Shown piece after piece: positions 56,381 through 64,000 of a stretch of 64,000 nucleotides of DNA (its first letter is position 1; every line of letters begins with the position of its first letter). This DNA comes from Eledone cirrhosa (Eukaryota). Made by a program: the position numbers and the translations under genes. The notes below the pieces were generated by a model. That model was not told the DNA's origin. It ran no database searches and saw nothing but the letters and a program-made list of their open reading frames with translations. Location: assembly GCA_964016885.1 (NCBI GenBank), contig OZ024743.1:341682001-341746000 (forward strand), given 5' to 3'.

Positions 56381-56842
56381 TATATATATATATGTATATA
56401 TACATGTATGTATGTGTTTCTAAAATGAATAAAAATGTCGTGTTTCAATAATTAAAAACACACACCATAATGAAAGTTCTGCGATAAATTCCGAGCTATT
56501 AATAATATAAATTCAAGAGCGAATTAGATATATTAGAATATATCAAACAATATACAGGAGATATTTCGCAAAAAATGTAAGTGCATATCAACTAGAAATG
56601 AGCAATATAGACAGTTTAACAATAAAATAAGCAAACGGTGCATGCTGAACACCAAATAATTATTTTACTCTCTCATACATAATACTTTCATGGCTATAGA
56701 ATTATGTTTCTCTTTCGAATCGTGAAGATCATAAGGTAAGTAGGTGCAGTAGTTAGAGAGGGCTAACTAAATATGAACTCACACCATTAAACAAATCTAA
56801 GGTCTGGCCAATAACACATGGAGTTAAGAAATAACACCACGT

Positions 56843-57315
56843 TGACGAATACCAATAGTATGAAACAGAGATCTGTCAGCTTATCTCCCTTGTTTGTTGA
56901 AAAAAGAAATAAGTAACATAGTCGCTACTTTAAAATGATAGCGTAAGGTCTTCAAAATGTTTTAAATTAAGTATACAGTGTATTGCCAAATATGCGATAG
57001 ATCTCTGTTTCATATATACATCGCTATTTCAGAGCACCAATTCTAATTTTCAATTTTTGCTGGACCGGCAACCGCTCTGTATAATCAGTTCCTGATTATT
57101 ACTGAAATTCTATAAGAATCCAACATTTATAATTTTCAACAAACAAGGGGAGTGCTAGGCTCTGACGAATACCAACAGTATGAAACAGAGATCTGTCAGC
57201 TCATCTCCGTCTGTTTGTTGAAAAAAGAAGTAAGTGACATAGTCACTACTTTAAAACAATAGCGTAAGGTCTTCAAAATGTTTTTAATCAAGCATACAGT
57301 GTATTGCCAAATATA
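56843..57315 (+). mobile_element. Non-coding ~320-bp unit, about 1.5 tandem copies with hammerheads; retrozyme-like
   Basis: TGACGAATACCAA(T/C)AGTATGAAACAGAGATCTGTCAGCT occurs at 56843 and 57163; the element ends in (TA)n. Confidence 0.8.
57133..57224 (+). ncRNA. Type I hammerhead ribozyme with a long helix I
   Basis: GGCT-CTGACGA-ATAC-CAACA-GTAT-GAAA-CAGA-GA-TCTG-TC^AGCT, closed by TTTTCAACAAACA/TGTTTGTTGAAAA. Confidence 0.9.
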
Positions 57316-57316
57316 C

Positions 57317-57389
<73 letters not shown>

Positions 57390-58033
57390 GTGTGTGTGTG
57401 TATGAATATGTAAGTATGCCAGGTCGCTCTTTAGGAATACTGGTAACATTTAACCAAGTACAAACCGTGCATGGTTGGTTTGTCGGTGACTAAATCGGCA
57501 ACCCACCAAGCTTGCTTGGTGAGAAGGGTGATTTTGGACGCACTGAGGGATGAACACCAAAACACGTCAAAGGACGGAGGAACTCACGAGGGTCAACAGC
57601 TATCCAATAATGTATGTACATAAGTATATATGCTTTTATATAATGCATATATTTTTATTCATAAATACATTTCAATCAATTTCATTTTTTAAATAGATGA
57701 TCTGTGATGGGAATGTATGTATGTTATCTCTTTCTCTTAATTTCGAGTATATTTATTTGACCGGCCACCTTCTCCCCATAACGGCATTCCTGTTTTAACG
57801 ACATCACAACTTTCTCCGGCTTAGCCTGTTCCCCCCCTTTTTGGAACTTTCCCCCGTTGATGGGCGTGAGCCCGAAATATTGGGATTAAATCTCCACTAC
57901 GGTAACCCTTCTACCTTTGTTTTGTTTTCATCTTTGTCTCTCTCAATCTTCACTTTCTCCTATTTCTCCTATCTATCATTCACTTCCTACCTCGAGATTT
58001 CCCTTCTGCATTGTTGTGGCTTTCTAAACTACG

Positions 58034-58108
<75 letters not shown>

Positions 58109-58914
58109 TTATCAAACTATCAGAATAAAAGATTACAGTTAAAAATGCAATTAAAAAAACAACGAAGTCAGAAAAAATCATAGTCAGAAACATGTAATGT
58201 TAGTTGTTTGTGTTTCTTGGAGAAAACTGAAGTTTATAGTGAAAATCATGGTGATATTTGTATTAAAGCTTTTCCTTTAAGAAAACCTTTAACGCAACTA
58301 ACACTATTTGCGTGTGTGTTGTATTGCTATAAATACCCAGAAGATAAGAGAGAATGCAACATATGAGACGCGTTGTAACGCATTATATTATGAATTAATC
58401 TACCTCAAAATTGTCATTGCACGATATATGTTTTATCGCTGTAAGTTTGGGAACTTGACTGACGCGAAATCCTTTAAAGTTCGTTCTGGTAATGACAATA
58501 ATGATGCAATATTAGTGCGTCATCATTATTGTCTTTGGAACAGGTAATAGAACGTTCAGGTTCACCACTACTGGAGATTTTCTGACATGGAAAAGTTTTA
58601 CTCTTTGAATTCTGAAGCCATAATGGACAAGTCTTTCACTTGAATCTGTTCTAACCACAAATAAAATAACCTCGAAATTTTCTCCTATTTCTCCTATCTA
58701 TCATTCACTTGCTACCTCGAGATTTCCCTTCTGCATTGTTGTGGCTTTCTAAACTCCGTATTTTACACATTTCAATATGCTTCAAGCAAACTTTAACACC
58801 CTCATATATATATATATATATAACGAAGGAAATGTGGTAAGGAACCAGGTGGACCATAACGCACCAAAGTACTCAATACTTAGGGTAGTAGAGTGGGTAA
58901 TAGAAACGAGTAGG

Positions 58915-59010
58915 ACCCCGACGGCTGAGCTCAAGCCGTTTCGACGGCTAATTCTGGACTAAATGAAAATGTTTATCTTGGTATTTGAAATGCCGAGCTT
59001 CTCAGGGGGT
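58915..59010 (-). ncRNA. Hammerhead-like motif in the 3' pLTR (twin at 62722-62817); non-canonical core
   Basis: Minus strand: ACCCC-CTGAGAA-GCTCGGC..[~40 nt]..GCCGTC-GAAA-CGGCT-TGAGCTC-AGCCG-TC^GGGGT. Confidence 0.6.
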
Positions 59011-59655
59011 AATTCCATATATGGTAAAAGTGATTGTCACAAGGATTGGTCAAAAGTTTGTTGTTGAGACATAATAAATCTATCAAAGCAATTTGTGGAG
59101 GGAAGGCGTAGCTGAACCTGCCAGTAGAAGAAAGAGGGAGAGGGGGTGGAGGAAACCCAGTCGTGGTTGATAGTGCCAACCACGGCTGGGCAGGAAGTCA
59201 AAGAAGATACTAGGGAGGGGAGGGGGAGGAAGTCGAAACAATAAGTAAAACAATATGGGGTAAATATATAGAATAATACCGGGAGTGTTAAAAAACAATT
59301 AAGTGTAAAGTAAAAAAACAATTTCTGGTTACTATAACCTAAGGACAGCTATCAAGTCTCTCACTGGTACTGCTAGACTAATGAAAGGTTTACTAGGTGG
59401 GACGGAATTATAATGAGACCCTTTTAAGAGGTATAAGTAAACAACCGAATATATCTTACGGTGACGGGTCAACAAGTGGGGGGGGGGGGGGCAAAATACT
59501 AAAGAAACTACCAAGAAATAATAAATCAGAGTCCCGAGACAAGTACGAAATAAAAGTTTCTACCCCAGGCACAAGGCCAGCAACCACGCATTGCCAAAAA
59601 AATATAAACTAATACGAAATAATAATTCAGAATCCCGAAAAACAATACTAATACT

Positions 59656-59837
59656 TGTTTCTACTTTAGGCACAAGGCCAGCAATTACCCAGTGCATTAC
59701 TGGTACTTTATTTTATCGACCCCGTAAGGATGAAAGGCAAAGTCAACCTCGGCGGGATTTGAACTCAGATCGTAAAGGGACGTAACTATGCTTGAAAGCA
59801 TGGCGTCCGACCCTCTACCGATACTGCCAATCCACCG
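59656..59837 (-). mobile_element. SINE family 1 inserted in the 3' pLTR only
   Basis: Absent from the 5' pLTR, where the empty site reads AATACTATCTCT at about 63448. Flanked by ACT/ACT. Confidence 0.92.
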
Positions 59838-60399
59838 ACTATCTCTAAGGGTGCCGCCACGCTACAAAAATTCTAGTGCAAACTACATAAATGCTCGTAC
59901 GGAGTATATGTAAAATTTGATACGGAAAATTAATTCAGAATCCCCCCCCCCCCCCTAAAAAAAATTAAAATAATTAAATAAATAGATAAATATTGATATA
60001 CGAGAAATTAAAGCAAAGATACCACTAAAAAATATAGAAAGCACGGGAAAGGTGCGGCCATCGGATAAGAAGGCTAGTATCCGGGGTCTAACACATCTGC
60101 TATAAAAAGCGGAGTCGGCCAAATCTATCATAGATTAGGGGAAGGGGGTGGGGGTACTGAGGTTACAAGGGACCGAGGGGCTGCCTCGGGTGGGCGAGAA
60201 AGTAAAAGGACGAAGACAAAGAAAGAGGACTGGGGTGGAAGGACTAGGGAGGGATGGGGGAAGAATGAAATATAGAGGAAGTGATAAAAAGATATAGAAG
60301 AAGATATTAGGTCTACCTTTGCAAGCAGGGATTACCCGATACAAAATCGGCAAGTGGGGTGTTATAGCCCTAGTCTACCCCTCCCGGGTCATTATGGGG

Positions 60400-62536
60400 T
60401 TTGAGGGCAAGGTAAGTCCTATGCAATCGATGTTTACATGCAGTTACCAGTTCATCTATCTTGTTATAGGAGTTGGTCCGTCGAGAACAGCATTTGTAAA
60501 GTTTCCTCCGAGCATAAATTGCACGGACGGCATCCTCCCGTGTAAGAGTTGGCTCTGGACAGGAAGCTCCAAGTGAGATCATAGGTAATAATGTTATCCT
60601 TGAGGTCCCATATGTGGCCCGAATGTGTAGTGGCGTGACTAAACGCCAGGCCGGGTTTCGGAAGGTATGTCTGTGTTGGTATAGCCGGGTCTTGAAGTCA
60701 CATGCGGTTAATCCTATATAGGCTTTGTTGGAGGCGTCCGTCCTCACGTTGCACTGGTAGATCACATTACGATCTCTGCGTCTGTTGTCGAGGGGGCAAA
60801 TGGATCCATCAGGACAGTTGCACCTCCTGGTCGGCTCTCCACTGCTATTTCGGTTATTTCTTCCATGGGGGTTAATTTTTTTGTTATTAGAGGGGACGAT
60901 GTTTTGTGCAAAGTTTGGTGTGGTGCTGTAGGAGAGTTTGATGGTATTTTTTGTTAATTATGTTGTGGTAGCGGTGTTGTAGTGGCAAGTGTCTTTCAAT
61001 GAGCCTAAAGAAGATTTTCCCGATAGGAGTTGTCACCTCGGCGTTGTGGGGAGGATTGAACCATGTTACGTTGCGTGAACGGTGGTGTCGCCTGCTAGTT
61101 CCGCTAATAGAAGCTCAACAGTAGGATATTTCCTCCCGGAAATCACTCCGCATGAGGGCCTGGTTGTAGTAAGGCGCATGTTCCTCGAATATCTGCTCAT
61201 TAGCTGACAAATGAGATATGCGGAGGGAGATGTTTTTAACCAGGTTATTTGTGATGTTCCTAGGATGGTTTGGCCGGCGGTAGATGTAGTGTAGGTTGTC
61301 GTTAGGTTTCCTGTATGGGTAGTACATATCATTATCGAGATCAAGGGTAACATCCAGGAAGTTAACTCGGGTCAGGTACGTTTATAGGGTTATTTTAAAT
61401 CCCCAGACGCGGAAGAAGCTGATTAATTGTTTACGGACCCGATCTGTACTACTGGGGTTGTACCCTTTAAGGGTAAGGAGCCCATCATCACGGTACAATC
61501 CACCGCCGAATGCAGGAAACAAATCGGTGAGTTTGGCTATTAGGAATAATCCTATAAGATCTGTGACCTCAGCCGAATCCGTCGCGCCCATGCTGACGTC
61601 GAAGGGTGAGTCGGGAGCTCTCTTTATCCATTTGGAGTTGTCGAAGAGTAAGACTGTCTTCCTGGCGTGGAGGATGATGTTTCTTTCCTGGTCGGTGATG
61701 GGCACAAGTGTTTCGGCGAAGTCCAAGGCAGCCGTAAGTAGCGGTAAGGTGATTGAAGCATAGTAACTCTCTATATCAAACTGGATGAATTTAGTGTCTC
61801 GTTTTTCCTCCATATTGCTGAACCATGAGATCACTTCCTGGGTATTGATCCATAGGCTAAGTCTGGCGTGTTGCTTAACTTTTGGTATCACGCGGTCTAG
61901 GATTTTTTTGCTGATTCTCCCTATGTCGAACTTCGTTGGGTTTATAAGCCTGATAGAAGGTTTACGGTCGAAATCGGATTTGTGGTCCTTCAGTGTGAAG
62001 TAGGGTGTCCGTGGGTCTAGTGGTTCCGACGCGGTCGGCGACCCCGAGGCTGGAGGTAATTTGTTGCCATCTCGATTTATGTCCTCGATGCATGAGTGGT
62101 TAGCCTTTTTATAGGTGGAGTTTAGGCTGCTCCTGATCAGTGTGTGGTATCTGTCGGGGTTGACAAAGTAGAGGTTACTAGTTTTATCCGAGTGCACCAT
62201 GATGTCGTTGGTGTTATCGTACTCTGTTAAGTTGCTACAGAGTTTTTGTAGGAATCGGTTGTGTCTGGGTTTGAATTTAATGTTCTTGACCAGTTGGAAA
62301 AGGTCATTCTCGAAGGGTGAGAGAATAGGGTTCGGAGGGGGTGATTTGTAGGTAATAAATCCGAATCTCTCCTTGATACCGAAGTCCTGATTCTCGCAAT
62401 ATCTGTCGTAGAAAAAAGTTCTCCATCTACGTCTTTTCGCAAATGGATCGATTTTTTGCGTGAGCATCCGAAGGTAAAGTTTTTTCGGTGGGACTGGGAT
62501 TTTCTTGGTAGAGAAGTCGGTGTTGTGTTTTCGCAT
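60400..62536 (-). pseudogene. PLE RT-endonuclease ORF with several frameshifts
   Basis: MRKHNTDFSTKKIP..SDKTSNLY..TLKDHK..RLINPTK..FDIESYYASI..FDVSMGATDSAEV..GLYRDDGL, then YRKPND..NHP, WFNPP and IYQCNV..YIGLTACDFKTRLYQH in shifted frames. Confidence 0.93.
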
Positions 62537-63555
62537 GGTGCGGGTGAAAGTACTTGAGCTTAGCGGAAAAGTCTGGATACGGCGTGATAGGGTCGGAAAG
62601 TGCTCTACTACGGGAATAGGAGCTGGATAACAAAGGAAATGTGGTAAGGAACCAGGTGGACCATAACACACCAAAGTACTCAATACTTAGGGTAGTAGAG
62701 TGGGTAATAGAAACGAGTAGGACCCCGACGGCTGAGCTCAAGCCGTTTCGACTGCTAATTCTGGACTAAATGAAAATGTTTATCCTGGTATTTGAAATGC
62801 CGAGCTTCTCAGGGGGTAATTCCATATATGGTAAAAGTGATTGTCACAAGGATTGGTCAAAAGTTTGTTGTTGAGACATAATAATTCTATCAAAGCAATT
62901 TGTGGAGGGAAGGCGTAGCTGAACCTGCCAGTAGAAGAAAAAGGGAGAGGGGGTGGAGGAAACCCAGTCGTGGTTGATAGTGCCAACCACGGCTGGGCAG
63001 GAGGTCAAAGAAGATACTAGGGAGGGGAGGGGGAGGAAGTCGAAACAATAAGTAAAACAATATGGGGTAAATATATAGAAAAATACCGGGAGTGTTAAAA
63101 AACAATTAAGTGTAAAGTAAAAAACAATTTCTGGTTACTATAACCTAAGGACAGCTATCAAGTCTCTCACTGGTACTGCTAGACTAATGAAAGGTTTACT
63201 AGGTGGGGCGGAATTATAATGAGACCCTTTTAAGAGGTATAAGTAAGCAACCGAATATATCTTACGGTGACGGGTCAACAAGTGGGGGGTCAAAATACTA
63301 AAGAAACTACCACGAAATAATAAATCAGAGTCCGAGACCAGTAGGAAATAAAAGTTTCTACCCCAGGCACAAGGCCTGCAACCACCCAGTGCCAACAAAA
63401 TATAAACTAATACGAAATAATAATTCAGAATCCCGAAAAACAATACTAATACTATCTCTAAGGGTGCCGCCACGCTACAAAAATTCTAGTGCAAACTACA
63501 TAAATGCTCGTACGAAGTATATGTACAATTTGGTACGGAAAATTAATTCAGAATC

Positions 63556-64000
63556 AATACCCAGGAAGTGATGTCATGGTTCAGCAATATGGAGGAAAAA
63601 CGAGACAGTAAATTCATCCAGTTTGGCGGAACCAGCAGGCGACACCGCCACTCACGCAACGTAACATGGTTCAATCCTCCCCACAATGCCGACGTGACAA
63701 CTCCTGTCGGGAAAATCTTCTTTAGGCTCATTGAAAAACACATCCCACTACAACACCGCTACCACAACATGATTAACAAAAATACCATCAAACTCTCCTA
63801 CAGCGCACCACACCAAACTTTGCACAAAACATCTTCTCCTCTAATAACAAAAAACTCAACCCCCATGGAAGAAATAACCGAAATAGCAGTGGAGAGCCGA
63901 CTAGGAGGGCAACTGTCCTGATGGATCCCTTTGCCCCTCGACAACAGATGCAGAGATCGTAATGTGATCTAGCAGTGCAACGTGAGGACGGACACCTCCA
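63556..64000 (+). mobile_element. Inverted, internally deleted second copy of the family A coding region (runs off the window)
   Basis: 63556-63625 is the reverse complement of about 61777-61847 and is joined to the reverse complement of about 61103 downward (WFSNMEEKRDSKFIQF|GGTSRRH..WFNPP). Confidence 0.9.

Larger units (their letters stand above)
58821..63555 (-). mobile_element. Near-full-length Penelope-like retroelement (family A) with direct pLTRs at 62627-63555 and 58821-59942
   Basis: Near-identical direct repeats of about 930 bp flank an RT plus GIY-YIG coding region; the 3' end abuts (TA)n. Confidence 0.95.

Noticed and set aside
62537-62683. N-terminal extension of the 433-aa ORF
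   Set aside because: It starts at a non-ATG codon inside the pLTR. PLE-like sequence begins at the ATG at 62536.

Overview
AT-rich, microsatellite-dense eukaryotic DNA. The repeat content suggests an octopod cephalopod, but this is inference. I can support no host gene, and most listed ORFs are translations of (TA)n/(CA)n tracts. The window is dominated by Penelope-like retroelements (PLEs). One near-full-length but frameshifted element (58821-63555, minus) has direct pseudo-LTRs (pLTRs). About nine truncated RT/GIY-YIG fragments and many inverted or palindromic pLTR insertions sit in (TA)n tracts. There are also about 12 tRNA-derived SINE copies. Reading the non-coding repeats by eye shows at least eight sequence families carrying type I hammerhead ribozyme (HHR) motifs, some intact and some degenerate. 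Three of these families are non-coding tandem units of about 320, 423 and 516-521 bp that look like retrozymes. Most pLTR families, though otherwise dissimilar, also share a bulged ACTC...GAGT hairpin in the 3' tail, beginning where the inverted pLTR arm stops. All alignments and folds were done by eye, so boundaries are approximate.
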